Shown one piece after another: positions 1 through 10,357 of a stretch of DNA of 64,000 nt. The DNA comes from a virus. The notes beneath the pieces are model-generated. The model saw nothing but the letters and a program-made list of their open reading frames with translations. It searched no databases and was not told the DNA's origin. The stretch's first letter is position 1. Each line of letters begins with the position of its first letter. The stretch lies in IMG/VR virus record IMGVR_UViG_3300020530_000006; one strand, given 5' to 3'. Made by a program: the position numbers and the translations under genes.

Positions 1-1
1 T

Positions 2-2098
2 GTCGAGAGAGTCAAAAACATGATGCACACAATGTATGTTGATAAAAATATATCAGAAGATATTAATTGGGCGTACGACATGATGTACAAAAAAAAGGTT
101 TTAGGAAGCCAAAGAGGTTTGCAATTTGGTGGAGATCCTATCCTAAAAAGACATGCTAAAATATATAATTGCACAAGTTCATATTGTGATAGACTAAGAT
201 TTTTTCAGGAATGTTTTTGGTTATTGCTTTGTGGTAGTGGCACTGGTTTTAGTGTACAAAAGCACCATGTTGCCAAATTACCAACACTAGAACATGATCC
301 ACCACAAGATAAAGGTACTGTCTATGTTATAGAAGATAGTATCGAAGGTTGGGCGGATGCTCTCGGAGTTCTACTTAGTAGTTATTTTAGTAAACCAATA
401 GATGAATATAAGCAATATAAAAATTGTCATATTTTATTTGACTATAGTAATATTAGACCTCAAGGATCTAATCTCAGTTCTGGCGTAGGCAAAGCCCCAG
501 GATTTGAACCATTAGCCAAGGGGCTAGAAAAAATTAGAACTTTACTAGATCGTTGTGTTGCTAATGGTCAGAAAAAACTTCGTCCAATTGATGCGTATGA
601 TATTGTTATGCACAGTAGCGATGCTGTATTAAGTGGCGGAGTAAGACGTTCTGCAAGTTTGGCTTTATTTAGTCCAGACGATGAAGAAATGGCTAAAGCA
701 AAAACTGGAAATTGGTATATAGACAATCCACAAAGAGCGCGTAGTAATAATTCTGCACTATTGTTAAAAGATGAAACAACATACGAACAATTTGAGTCTC
801 TTATGGAATCTGTTAAAGAATTTGGAGAACCCGGCTTTATTTGGAGCGATTCTACAGAAATGACATTCAATCCTTGTGTAGAAGTTGGAATGTGGCCTGT
901 TGATGAAGAAAGTGGCAAAAGCGGATGGCAAGGATGTAATTTATCTACCATTAATTGTTCTTCTATCGAAGATGAAAACGATTTTTATGATAGATGCAAA
1001 GCAGCAGCTATTATTGGTACTTTACAAGCTGGTTTTACAAAATTAGATTATTTGGGAGAAATTAGTTGTAAGATTTTTCAAAGAGAATCTTTACTGGGTG
1101 TTTCTTTGACCGGAATTATGGAAAAATATGATTTAATTTTGTCCGAAAAAGTACTCAAAGCCGGAGCAAAAATTGCTGTAGAAACTAATAAAGAAATGGC
1201 TAAAAAAATCGGAATCAATCAAGCAGCCAGAGTTACCTGTTTAAAGCCAGAAGGAACATCATCAAGTATGTTGGGAACTAGTTCAGGTATCCATCCACAT
1301 CACGCCAAGCGTTATATAAGGCATGTACAAGCCAATATTTTGGAGGCACCATACCAACACTTTAAAAATTATAACCCGCAGGCTTGTGAAAAATCAAGTT
1401 GGTCGGCCAATAATACTGATGAGGTTGTCAAATTTCCAATCGAAGTTCCAGACGGGTCAAAATTAAAAAATCAATTGCCTGCTGTTGAAATGTTGTCAAT
1501 TGTAAAAGATACTCAAAAAAATTGGGTATACTCTGGCAAGAACAAGGCTATTTGTACACAAGAATATTTAAATCATAATGTTAGCAATACAGTTACAGTC
1601 AAGCCAGATGAATGGGTCGATGTTACCAAATATATTTATGATAATCGTAAATATTTTGCTGGTATCAGCCTTATTCCTCAAAGTGGAGATAAAGATTATC
1701 CACAAGCACCATTTACTACGGTTTATACTAGTAGAGAAATAGTAAAGGAATATGGTGATGCTGCATTATGGTGTTCTGGTCTTATTGAACTAGCACTAAA
1801 TGCTTTTGATAATAATCTTTGGGCGGCTTGTGATTATGTAACACTCAATCAAGCCCAAAAAGATCATCATGAGTCCAAACTAAAGTTTGTTACTAAAATG
1901 AAAAATTTTGCCGGTAAATACTTTAATGGAGATATAAGACGATTAACATACTGTATGAAAGATGTTTATAATTGGAAAATATATTGTGATCTTTACAATA
2001 CTTTCAAGCGAGTTGATTACACACAACTTCTAGAAACAGAGGACAATACACTAGGAATAGAAGAGATTAGTTGTGCTGGCGGCGCGTGTCTAATTTAA
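2..2098 (+). CDS. nrdJ: Class II (B12-dependent, monomeric RTPR-type) ribonucleotide reductase, 5'-truncated by the window edge
   Basis: Motifs YNC, GVRRSA, NPCVE (thiyl Cys), GCNLS, TCLKPEGTSS and C-terminal CAGGAC redox pair. The frame is open from base 2, so the true start lies upstream of the window. Confidence 0.9.
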   Translation, partial: VERVKNMMHTMYVDKNISEDINWAYDMMYKKKVLGSQRGLQFGGDPILKRHAKIYNCTSSYCDRLRFFQECFWLLLCGSGTGFSVQKHHVAKLPTLEHDPPQDKGTVYVIEDSIEGWADALGVLLSSYFSKPIDEYKQYKNCHILFDYSNIRPQGSNLSSGVGKAPGFEPLAKGLEKIRTLLDRCVANGQKKLRPIDAYDIVMHSSDAVLSGGVRRSASLALFSPDDEEMAKAKTGNWYIDNPQRARSNNSALLLKDETTYEQFESLMESVKEFGEPGFIWSDSTEMTFNPCVEVGMWPVDEESGKSGWQGCNLSTINCSSIEDENDFYDRCKAAAIIGTLQAGFTKLDYLGEISCKIFQRESLLGVSLTGIMEKYDLILSEKVLKAGAKIAVETNKEMAKKIGINQAARVTCLKPEGTSSSMLGTSSGIHPHHAKRYIRHVQANILEAPYQHFKNYNPQACEKSSWSANNTDEVVKFPIEVPDGSKLKNQLPAVEMLSIVKDTQKNWVYSGKNKAICTQEYLNHNVSNTVTVKPDEWVDVTKYIYDNRKYFAGISLIPQSGDKDYPQAPFTTVYTSREIVKEYGDAALWCSGLIELALNAFDNNLWAACDYVTLNQAQKDHHESKLKFVTKMKNFAGKYFNGDIRRLTYCMKDVYNWKIYCDLYNTFKRVDYTQLLETEDNTLGIEEISCAGGACLI

Positions 2099-2120
2099 CT
2101 ATTACCAGTGGAGATAACCA

Positions 2121-2852
2121 TTGAGAAAAAATAATAAAAATAATAAAAAAAGACCAAAAGTACTAGACGCTACAAATGATATCCAACCAAATGGTATGAT
2201 CTATAGAAATAGATTAAAACCAAGAACAGATAATCAAAAAGAATATATCAGAACAGTAGCAGAAAACACCATAACATTTTGTCAGGGTGTTGCTGGTAGT
2301 GGTAAAACACATATTGCTGTTGGAATGGCTTTAGAACATCTTTTGGAAGAAAAAGTAAAAAAGATTGTTATTACCAGACCGGTAGTAGAAAGCGGAGAAA
2401 AAATTGGATATTTGCCGGGAACAGCAGAAGAAAAGTTACACCCATACTTATTGCCTATACTGGATGAAATTTGTCATTTTATACCAATGAGTCATTACGC
2501 AAGTCTGAAATTAAATAATAAGATTGAAATAGTACCTCTTGGATTAATGAGAGGACGTAATTTTCATAACTCCTTTATAGTAGCAGATGAGTGTCAAAAC
2601 GCTTCGTATGATCAACTAAAAATGTTGTTGACACGTATTGGAAATGAAAGTAAAATGGTATTGACCGGCGACGTTAGCCAGTCAGATCTTCACAGAAGTA
2701 TGCGTGGTGGCTTTATAGATTTAATTGGAGCCCTATACGGTGTCGATCAAATCGGAATTAGTGAATTATTCAATCAAGATATAATTAGAAATCCTATTAT
2801 TGGTAAAATTTTAACACGGCTAGATTCGTATGAAAACAGAAAACCGGAATAG
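2121..2852 (+). CDS. phoH: PhoH-family ATPase
   Basis: GVAGSGKT Walker A, ITRP, GYLPG, MRGRNF, DECQN and GDVSQSD motifs; TTG start after GGAG. Confidence 0.95.
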   Translation: MRKNNKNNKKRPKVLDATNDIQPNGMIYRNRLKPRTDNQKEYIRTVAENTITFCQGVAGSGKTHIAVGMALEHLLEEKVKKIVITRPVVESGEKIGYLPGTAEEKLHPYLLPILDEICHFIPMSHYASLKLNNKIEIVPLGLMRGRNFHNSFIVADECQNASYDQLKMLLTRIGNESKMVLTGDVSQSDLHRSMRGGFIDLIGALYGVDQIGISELFNQDIIRNPIIGKILTRLDSYENRKPE

Positions 2853-3447
2853 TAAATGTTTATTGCTAAACTCTGACTATTCTCCATTGTCTATCATTTC
2901 GTGGAAAAAGGCTATTGTATGGTCTTTTAGATCAGAATGTGATATAACATATGGAATAGAGATAATTGATTTTTTTAAAAACGACCACATCAATGGTGTT
3001 AATAAAAAATATCCTATACCAGCAGTAGCAAGAACAAAAAGATTTTTTAGAATCAATAATTCTTCTATCACATTTTCTCGTAAAAATATCTATATAAGAG
3101 ATAATTATACTTGTCAGTATTGTGATATTATTTATTCTTTTAAAGATTTAACATATGATCATGTTATTCCCAAATCAAAATGGTTAGATAATAATGGCTC
3201 TCCAACAAATTGGACAAATATAGTAACAGCCTGTATCGAATGTAATAGAAAAAAGGGTAATAGAACACCAACACAAGCAAATATGCCACTTAAAAAATTG
3301 CCAAGCAAGCCACAAAAAAATATAAAGTTCTTGCCGATATCGTCATATTTATCTACTATAAAGGACAGAGTACCACAAGAGTGGCTTATCTATATACCAG
3401 AATCTTATAAAGAAATAACATGCCAACATACTCATACGAATGTCTAA
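2830..3447 (+). CDS. HNH endonuclease
   Basis: RDNYTCQYC, TYDHVIPKS, NIVTACIECNRKKG. Confidence 0.9.
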   Translation: MKTENRNSKCLLLNSDYSPLSIISWKKAIVWSFRSECDITYGIEIIDFFKNDHINGVNKKYPIPAVARTKRFFRINNSSITFSRKNIYIRDNYTCQYCDIIYSFKDLTYDHVIPKSKWLDNNGSPTNWTNIVTACIECNRKKGNRTPTQANMPLKKLPSKPQKNIKFLPISSYLSTIKDRVPQEWLIYIPESYKEITCQHTHTNV

Positions 3448-3806
3448 ACTGTAAAAAAAATTTTGAATTATTTTTCTATATCAAAGACTATAACGATAAA
3501 CCATCGTGTATACACTGTAATAAAGCCAATACCCAGCGTCTCTATGCTTTAGATGTTGCCACACAATCAGCATCTGTTAAAAAAAGCGATACGGAGTTGA
3601 AAACAATTGGGGATTTGGCCTTGAGAAACGCAGAAAAAATGAGCGACGATGAGAAGATGAGCCTGCACAAGAAACATAACTCGTATAGAGATGAACAAAT
3701 AGAAAAAGATTTGCCTTCTGGAATGGGCAGAATTAAAAAACCAGAAAAACCAAAGTGGCCAGGAATAAGCAACACAAAGAAAAGAAGGAAACTAAAAAAT
3801 GGATGA
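3420..3806 (+). CDS. FmdB-like zinc-ribbon protein
   Basis: MPTYSYECLNC...FE...CIHC N-terminus. Confidence 0.8.
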   Translation: MPTYSYECLNCKKNFELFFYIKDYNDKPSCIHCNKANTQRLYALDVATQSASVKKSDTELKTIGDLALRNAEKMSDDEKMSLHKKHNSYRDEQIEKDLPSGMGRIKKPEKPKWPGISNTKKRRKLKNG

Positions 3807-4173
3807 TATGTTTAAAGTAGATAAGTCTAAGACGCCAGAAGAATATAACTATACATACTATACAATATTTGGTTCTCACGAAGACTTGGACAACGATGGA
3901 AATCCATTGATCCAAGATAAGAAAAAATGCCTAGCTTATATTAGACATGGTAATGAGGATGAACATTTTTATTTGAAAGTTGGTACTTATGGGAAAATTT
4001 TCAATCCTATTGGACTATACTCAGAAGGAAGACAAAATAAGTTTTTATCAAAAATTGGTAAGGAAGAATACTCATTTACAAGAGTCAACAATAAGGTGTT
4101 TAGTATGTATCTAAATTTTTTACGAACAAAAAATATGGCATGGTTAAACAATGCGGAAAGGGAACTATCATGA
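3799..4173 (+). CDS. Hypothetical protein
   Basis: 124-aa ORF overlapping both neighbours in a tightly packed operon. Confidence 0.7.
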   Translation: MDDMFKVDKSKTPEEYNYTYYTIFGSHEDLDNDGNPLIQDKKKCLAYIRHGNEDEHFYLKVGTYGKIFNPIGLYSEGRQNKFLSKIGKEEYSFTRVNNKVFSMYLNFLRTKNMAWLNNAERELS

Positions 4174-4532
4174 ATAAATCAGAAAAAAATCAAGAAGTAA
4201 ACGAAACACAAATATTTGCTATATATCATCTAGCAGATACGGGTTTGTCTGCTGCTGACATAGGCAAGAAAATCAAAATTTCTACTAAAGAAGTAAGGGA
4301 TGTCTTATCTAAAAGAGACTCTGAAAGATCTGATGCTATTAAAACAACATCATCAAAAGTTAACAGCAAGGATTTAATGATTACACAAACAGCAGCAAAA
4401 GGAATAAATAATGTTGCTATTATGACTAAAGCCGCATCAGAAATAAATGATGCTCACCGACAAACTATGGAAACAGATAGCACTTCTCGAACAACCAGAA
4501 ATGCTATCTATAGGCCCAACAACAATAAATGA
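4170..4532 (+). CDS. Hypothetical protein with possible helix-turn-helix
   Basis: ATGA overlap start at 4170 (MNKSEK); GLSAADIGKKIKISTKEVRDVL is HTH-like. Confidence 0.6.
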   Translation: MNKSEKNQEVNETQIFAIYHLADTGLSAADIGKKIKISTKEVRDVLSKRDSERSDAIKTTSSKVNSKDLMITQTAAKGINNVAIMTKAASEINDAHRQTMETDSTSRTTRNAIYRPNNNK

Positions 4533-4933
4533 AATATTCATCAAGATATTCTAACGGAAAAACCGTAACTGCTCAACAATATATTACAGAAATTATATGT
4601 GAGAATAAAGCTAAAATAGATAAAAAAGATCTATATTTTAGATTTTGGACAAATAAGGAATGGTCAAAATTTTATAGAGATCAAATAGCAACGGCCAATA
4701 AACTTGTTAAGAAATATTCAGAACAAGCAATTATCAAAGCGCTACAGAATCCAAAAGCATCTAGAATCTTTTCTTTGCGTGCGCCACATCTAATACCTAT
4801 CATAGAATACGAGCAGGAACAGCTTTCTAACCAGAATACTATTTTATCAAAAGAGTATGATAGGTCAGATAAAAAGTTCGAACAAAGAAAAAATAAGTCA
4901 TCAGTACTGTCTAAATTAAAGGAACTTGAATGA
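4529..4933 (+). CDS. Hypothetical protein
   Basis: 134-aa ORF translationally coupled to recA. Confidence 0.7.
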   Translation: MKYSSRYSNGKTVTAQQYITEIICENKAKIDKKDLYFRFWTNKEWSKFYRDQIATANKLVKKYSEQAIIKALQNPKASRIFSLRAPHLIPIIEYEQEQLSNQNTILSKEYDRSDKKFEQRKNKSSVLSKLKELE

Positions 4934-5943
4934 GTGTTAAACTAAAGGATGATGTTACTAAACAATTTGGTTCCGACATTATTCTAAATGGTAATGCTAT
5001 TGTTGATAAAAAAACATTAATTATACCAATAAGTCCATCGTTAGATATAGTCTTGAATGGCGGAATCCCAGAAGGAAGTTTTGTTGTATTGACCGGACAA
5101 CCTAAGTGTGGCAAGACCACAACAAGCCTAGACTTTGCAGCAACAGCACAACAAAAACAATATGCTCACGGATCTTTTAAAGAAGGTCGGGAAGTGTACT
5201 ACCTAAATATCGAAGGTAGATTAAAAAAGCGTGACCTAGAAGGGATACCCGGATTGGATCTTTCTAGGTTTCATGTGATAGGTAGTCAACAAGGGAAAAT
5301 ATTACACGCAGAAGAATACTTACAAATAGCTGAAAGAATCATTAATGAGATTCCTGGAAGTGTTGTAATAATTGACTCATATTCTGCTCTGTGTACTGAA
5401 GCAGAAATTACAAGCGATATGGATAAGATGCAAAGAGCAGACGGAGCAAAATTACTTGCAAAGTTTTGTCGTAAGGTTGCTAATGTTATTCCAGTAAATA
5501 AAAATATAGTTATTGGCATTACTCATTTAATGGGTAATCCAACAGGATATGGTGCAGAATTTAAAGAAAAGAGTGGTCAGGCTATTGCTTATCAGACAGA
5601 TATTAAACTTAGGGCAAAAACATTCAAGCCTTGGACATTAAGTGCCGATAGTACACAAATAGGTCAAGAGATAGAGTGGCAAGTTCTATGTTCTGCTTTG
5701 GGACCGCCGGGAGGCTCTATAACGTCATATATCAGATATGGTCAGGGAATCGACAAGCACACAGAACTTATAAGTTTTGCTGTCGATGTAGGATTAATAA
5801 ATAAGGGTGGAGCTTGGTATACTTATGAGTCAGAAAAATTTCAAGGCATGGAAAAACTACGTCAATATTTCGTAGACAATCCTGAAAAATATTCCTCATT
5901 AGAAAAATCAGTTAAAGAAACAATGGGTGTTAAGTGCAAGTAA
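4930..5943 (+). CDS. recA: RecA/UvsX-like recombinase
   Basis: SPSLDIVLNGGIPEG, GQPKCGKTT Walker A, IIDS Walker B, GQGID, GLINKGGAWY. Confidence 0.9.
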   Translation: MSVKLKDDVTKQFGSDIILNGNAIVDKKTLIIPISPSLDIVLNGGIPEGSFVVLTGQPKCGKTTTSLDFAATAQQKQYAHGSFKEGREVYYLNIEGRLKKRDLEGIPGLDLSRFHVIGSQQGKILHAEEYLQIAERIINEIPGSVVIIDSYSALCTEAEITSDMDKMQRADGAKLLAKFCRKVANVIPVNKNIVIGITHLMGNPTGYGAEFKEKSGQAIAYQTDIKLRAKTFKPWTLSADSTQIGQEIEWQVLCSALGPPGGSITSYIRYGQGIDKHTELISFAVDVGLINKGGAWYTYESEKFQGMEKLRQYFVDNPEKYSSLEKSVKETMGVKCK

Positions 5944-6350
5944 AGACCTTAGATGGACAGATACAAAATTGGCAGTTGACAGGACATTTCGCTCATGCTA
6001 AACTAGAGAACAAGTCGTCTTTACATATCTCGGCAAGACAAATTTTGAAAAATAAATTTCCAACACTGCAAATACTAGAGGAAATACCCATACCTGTTAA
6101 AAAATCAGAAAGTTATTTTCTGGACTTTTATATACCTATGTTGAAAACAGCGATTGAAGTTCATGGTGAACAACACTATAAATTTGTGGCCTTTTATCAT
6201 AACAACCAATTGGGTTTTATAAAGTCTCAAAAAAGAGACAGAGAGAAAAAAGAATGGTGCGAAATTAACAATATTCAGTATATAGAACTACCTCATCACG
6301 AATCAGAGGAACAATGGGTCGAAAGGATATCAAGTGACAACAGAAACTAA
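5934..6350 (+). CDS. DUF559/Vsr-like endonuclease
   Basis: LDFYIP..KTAIEVHGEQHY...RDREKKEWC..NNIQYIEL; GTG start. Confidence 0.75.
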   Translation: MQVKTLDGQIQNWQLTGHFAHAKLENKSSLHISARQILKNKFPTLQILEEIPIPVKKSESYFLDFYIPMLKTAIEVHGEQHYKFVAFYHNNQLGFIKSQKRDREKKEWCEINNIQYIELPHHESEEQWVERISSDNRN

Positions 6351-6834
6351 AAGCACATCTTCAGATCAAATAAATTATTGGGACAAAGTATTAGATGAAT
6401 ATGAAACCACTCTAGGACTGCCACAATATAATCCAAAGGTTTTGCCAGAAGAAGAACTTAATCAATACCTAACAATGGATAGAAACGTATTAGAAAAATT
6501 AACTCCGGAAGACTGTGCTCAAATATCTTATAGGCTAGGCCAGTTTTCTTTCCACATTCAAAGAACTATAAATAGAGAATTGGCTAGATTCAATTGGGCT
6601 GATGAGACACTTAAAGAAACCATAGCCGATGAGATTAATAATTATAAAGGTTATGGCTATATAGAAAAGGCTCCACAGGCTATTAAGCATAACGAAAAAG
6701 CATCAGCATTAAACAAAATAAAAAAATACGCTAAACAAAGATCAGATAGGCTGACATATATTTCCTCTTCGATTAAAAATTTATCCGATATTATATTATC
6801 AATTCAAAGAATGAAGGTTAAACATGGATCTTAA
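6334..6834 (+). CDS. Helical protein, possibly a UvsY-like recombination mediator
   Basis: Coiled-coil-like 166-aa protein two genes downstream of recA; function inferred from size and context only. Confidence 0.35.
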   Translation: MTTETKSTSSDQINYWDKVLDEYETTLGLPQYNPKVLPEEELNQYLTMDRNVLEKLTPEDCAQISYRLGQFSFHIQRTINRELARFNWADETLKETIADEINNYKGYGYIEKAPQAIKHNEKASALNKIKKYAKQRSDRLTYISSSIKNLSDIILSIQRMKVKHGS

Positions 6835-7189
6835 TTTTAAAGACCCCGAACAAATTAAACAATTAATATCTTTATTAGAAAGTCTATTACCCCAAGAAAA
6901 AACAACAGAAGACTTTTCTCCAAATATAAAAACAAAAACACGATCTAGTAAAAGCACACAAAGCAACAATAAGTTTTTAAGTATGCCAGAATCTAAGATG
7001 CACAAAGAAGATATTGAAATAGATAAAAAGCTTTCTGTCAATGCTCCAACACCGAGAACTAGAAAATTTGAGGCTGTTGAAACAACGTGTCGCGTGTGTG
7101 GTAAAAAAGAGAAGGTTAGTCCAAATCTGATAGTTGATTCCATAGACAGATATAAATGTAACAAATGTTCTGGCTCCGCTGGAGGTTAA
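6824..7189 (+). CDS. Hypothetical protein with C-terminal zinc ribbon
   Basis: CRVC...CNKC. Confidence 0.65.
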   Translation: MDLNFKDPEQIKQLISLLESLLPQEKTTEDFSPNIKTKTRSSKSTQSNNKFLSMPESKMHKEDIEIDKKLSVNAPTPRTRKFEAVETTCRVCGKKEKVSPNLIVDSIDRYKCNKCSGSAGG

Positions 7190-8662
7190 TTGAAAATGAT
7201 TTTGGCTGATCCATCCGCAGAAAGGGCTGTTCTTTCTGGAATTTGTAGATATGGTGAGTCTGTATATCTAGACGTAGCAGATATTTTACAAGACTCATCA
7301 TTTACTATTGATAGTAATAAGATAATATATAGTTGTATAAAGCATATATGTGATAAGCAAGAATCTTCTTCCATTGATATAGCTTCTATATATTCGGCCG
7401 CACAAGAAATAGGCGTTTCTCACGTTCTTTTGAAAAAAGAAGAAAGCCAACACTTAAAAGCTATTCTAGACTTTCCAGTAAACAGAGAAAATATACCTAA
7501 GTTTGCTGCAAAAATCAAAAAACTACAAATAGCCAGACTATTACATGAACAACTTGAAGCAGCGAAAGAAAAACTCTTAGATGTTAATGGTAGCGAACCT
7601 GTGTCTTCTATCTTGGCTATAGCCGAAGATACTGTTTTCGATTTTACTTCATTAATTAATGATACAGACAACAATCCTGTATTTATGGGCGATGGTATAT
7701 CCGAATATATACAAAACCTTATTGATAATCCTATTGATCAAGTTGGTATTCCAACAGGATTTCCAGTATATGATAGTGCTATAGGTGGAGGATTAAGAAG
7801 AAGCACTGTGAATGTTATAGCGGCTAGACCCAAAACAGGAAAAACTCTATTAGTAGACAATATGGGGTGGCATGTATCGACACTAGGGATACCTGTTCTT
7901 AATCTAGATACAGAAATGACCAAAGAAGACCATATTAATAGATTATTAGCTATGATAACAGAAACAGAAATAAACTCTATTGAAACTGGAAAATTTGCAA
8001 ATTCTCAAGATAAAAAATCTAAAATAGATAAAGCTGTTGATATGTTGAAGCAATCAAAAATATATTATAAGTCTATTGCTGGTAAACCATTTGAAGAACA
8101 ATTAGCCTTAATGCGCAGATGGATAGTTAAAGACGTTGGTTTAGAAGATGATGGATCGGCAAAACCCTGCGTAATATTTTATGACTATCTTAAACTTATG
8201 GATACTCAAGGTATGAGCCAGGACTTAAAAGAATATCAAGTCTTAGGCTTCATGATGACCGCCTTGCACAATTTTGCCACAAGATATAAGGTTCCTATTG
8301 TTGCTTTTGTTCAGCTTAATAGAGACGGTATTACAAAAGAAAGTACAGATACTGCTAGTGGATCAGATAGAATTATCTGGCTATGTAGTAATTTTACAAT
8401 TTTTAAACGCAAAAGTGATGACGAAATAGCAGAAGATGGTCCGAATGAAGGTAATAGAAAATTGGTTCCAATCATAAGCCGTCATGGCGGCGGTCTTGAT
8501 GACAATGATTATATTAACTGTCATATGAAGGGTTGGTGTGCAAAAATTACAGAAGGTAGAACAAAATTAGAAATAGCTAATAATATTGGGAGCAAAAATA
8601 ATAATGGTAATGACTTTACAATCGAAAATGAACCAGACAGCAAAAACATCCCGTTCATATGA
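7190..8662 (+). CDS. dnaB: Replicative DNA helicase
   Basis: AERAVL N-terminus, GIPTGF, ARPKTGKT, DTEM, YDYLKLM, QLNR, SRHG. Confidence 0.95.
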   Translation: MKMILADPSAERAVLSGICRYGESVYLDVADILQDSSFTIDSNKIIYSCIKHICDKQESSSIDIASIYSAAQEIGVSHVLLKKEESQHLKAILDFPVNRENIPKFAAKIKKLQIARLLHEQLEAAKEKLLDVNGSEPVSSILAIAEDTVFDFTSLINDTDNNPVFMGDGISEYIQNLIDNPIDQVGIPTGFPVYDSAIGGGLRRSTVNVIAARPKTGKTLLVDNMGWHVSTLGIPVLNLDTEMTKEDHINRLLAMITETEINSIETGKFANSQDKKSKIDKAVDMLKQSKIYYKSIAGKPFEEQLALMRRWIVKDVGLEDDGSAKPCVIFYDYLKLMDTQGMSQDLKEYQVLGFMMTALHNFATRYKVPIVAFVQLNRDGITKESTDTASGSDRIIWLCSNFTIFKRKSDDEIAEDGPNEGNRKLVPIISRHGGGLDDNDYINCHMKGWCAKITEGRTKLEIANNIGSKNNNGNDFTIENEPDSKNIPFI

Positions 8663-9773
8663 TCAGGACCAATTAAAGGTTATATGCGATAGCTTATGTG
8701 ATAAGATAGAATCTTTATTTGAGGTCTTATCTATAGACGATGTACATCATAATGGTAAGATGTATGTTGGATGTTGTCCAATACATAATGGAGACAATAA
8801 GAGCGCTTTTAATCTATATCCAGATGGAGATACGTATAGAGGCAATTGGAAGTGTAGAACACACAATTGTGAAAGATATTTCAAAGCATCTATAATTGGA
8901 TTTATTCGTGGTGTTTTGTCGAATAAAAAACATAATTGGGAAAATAACACAAATAAAAGCGTAGGTTTTCAAGAAACTATGGAATTCATAGAAAAATTTC
9001 TTGGAGACGATTTAAAGAACATAAAAATATCTAAAACCCAAAAAGAGAAAAATAGATTCTCTTCTGCAATAAGTCATATTACACAAAAAGATATTGATTA
9101 TGTTTCACAAATTAGTCGAAGCAGTATAAGAAAATCATTAATAATTCCTGCTCAGTATTTTATAAACAGGGGATTTAGTTCAAAAATTTTAGATAAATAC
9201 GACGTAGGACTCTGTGACAAAAAAGAAAAAGAAATGTATAATCGTGCTGTCGCACCTATCTACGACATTGATCATAAATATATGGTTGGTTGTACTGGTC
9301 GTAGCATTTTTAACAAATGCTCTTTATGTGAATCATATCATGACGAAAATAATTCCTGTCCATCTGAAGAAGATAGATGGAAATTTCCAAAATGGAAACA
9401 CAACTACCAATTCAAAAGTCAAAACCATTTATACAACATATGGTTTGCAAAAACCAAAATTCTTGAAACCACAAAAGTAATCTTAGTAGAAAGTCCAGGC
9501 AATGTTTGGCGTCTAGAAGAATGTGGAATACAAAACTCTGTTGCTCTGTTTGGGGCAAATTTGAGCGATAGACAAAAAATGTTATTGGATGGTTCTGGCG
9601 CTATGACTATTATTACCATAATGGATAATGATGATGCTGGTCAAAAAGCCGCATCTCTTATAAAAGATAAATGCAAAAATACATACAATATTATGAATCT
9701 AAATATTAGTAAACCAGATATAGCCGAAATGTCGGAAGAAGAAATTAACAAAGAAATAAAGGCATACGTATGA
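8628..9773 (+). CDS. dnaG: DNA primase (CHC2 zinc finger + TOPRIM)
   Basis: CPIH...WKCRTHNC zinc finger; LVES and MDNDDAG TOPRIM motifs; ATG 8628 preferred over the track's start at 8586. Confidence 0.9.
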   Translation: MNQTAKTSRSYDQDQLKVICDSLCDKIESLFEVLSIDDVHHNGKMYVGCCPIHNGDNKSAFNLYPDGDTYRGNWKCRTHNCERYFKASIIGFIRGVLSNKKHNWENNTNKSVGFQETMEFIEKFLGDDLKNIKISKTQKEKNRFSSAISHITQKDIDYVSQISRSSIRKSLIIPAQYFINRGFSSKILDKYDVGLCDKKEKEMYNRAVAPIYDIDHKYMVGCTGRSIFNKCSLCESYHDENNSCPSEEDRWKFPKWKHNYQFKSQNHLYNIWFAKTKILETTKVILVESPGNVWRLEECGIQNSVALFGANLSDRQKMLLDGSGAMTIITIMDNDDAGQKAASLIKDKCKNTYNIMNLNISKPDIAEMSEEEINKEIKAYV

Positions 9774-10357
9774 CTATGATATTAGGTTTTGCCGGAAGAA
9801 AACAATCTGGTAAAACTACCTGCTCAGAATTTGTTCTAAGTTATTTTAATGGAATACTTAATAGTGCTAAAATATATAATTTTGCGGATCCTCTTAAAAA
9901 AGATATCTGCATGAATATACTAGGTTTAACTTATGAACAATGTTATGGGGAAGATATAGATAAAAATACTATTACAAATATTCAATGGGATGGCAAAAGT
10001 CTCACAGCACGAGAAGTAATGCAATTTATTGGAACAGATATCTTTAGAAAAATGAAAACAGATGTTTGGACTAACGCAACAATCAATAGAATTAATCAAG
10101 AAAAATCAAAACTAGCCATAATTGCTGATTGTAGATTTCCTAATGAAGTAGAATCGATTAAATCTGCTGGTGGATTAGTTATAAAGCTTATGAGAAATCC
10201 ATATAATTCTGATCATGATAGTGAAACTTCTCTTGATACGCACAACTATGATCATGACAATTTTGATTTAGTTTTACACAATAATGTGTTGGGAATAGCT
10301 GATCAAAACAATATAATTTTAGAATTTTTAAAACATAAAGGAATAGTACCATTATAA
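9770..10357 (+). CDS. Deoxynucleoside monophosphate kinase
   Basis: GRKQSGKT, FADPLKK, REVMQFIGTD..R, IIADCRFPNE. Confidence 0.9.
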   Translation: MTMILGFAGRKQSGKTTCSEFVLSYFNGILNSAKIYNFADPLKKDICMNILGLTYEQCYGEDIDKNTITNIQWDGKSLTAREVMQFIGTDIFRKMKTDVWTNATINRINQEKSKLAIIADCRFPNEVESIKSAGGLVIKLMRNPYNSDHDSETSLDTHNYDHDNFDLVLHNNVLGIADQNNIILEFLKHKGIVPL

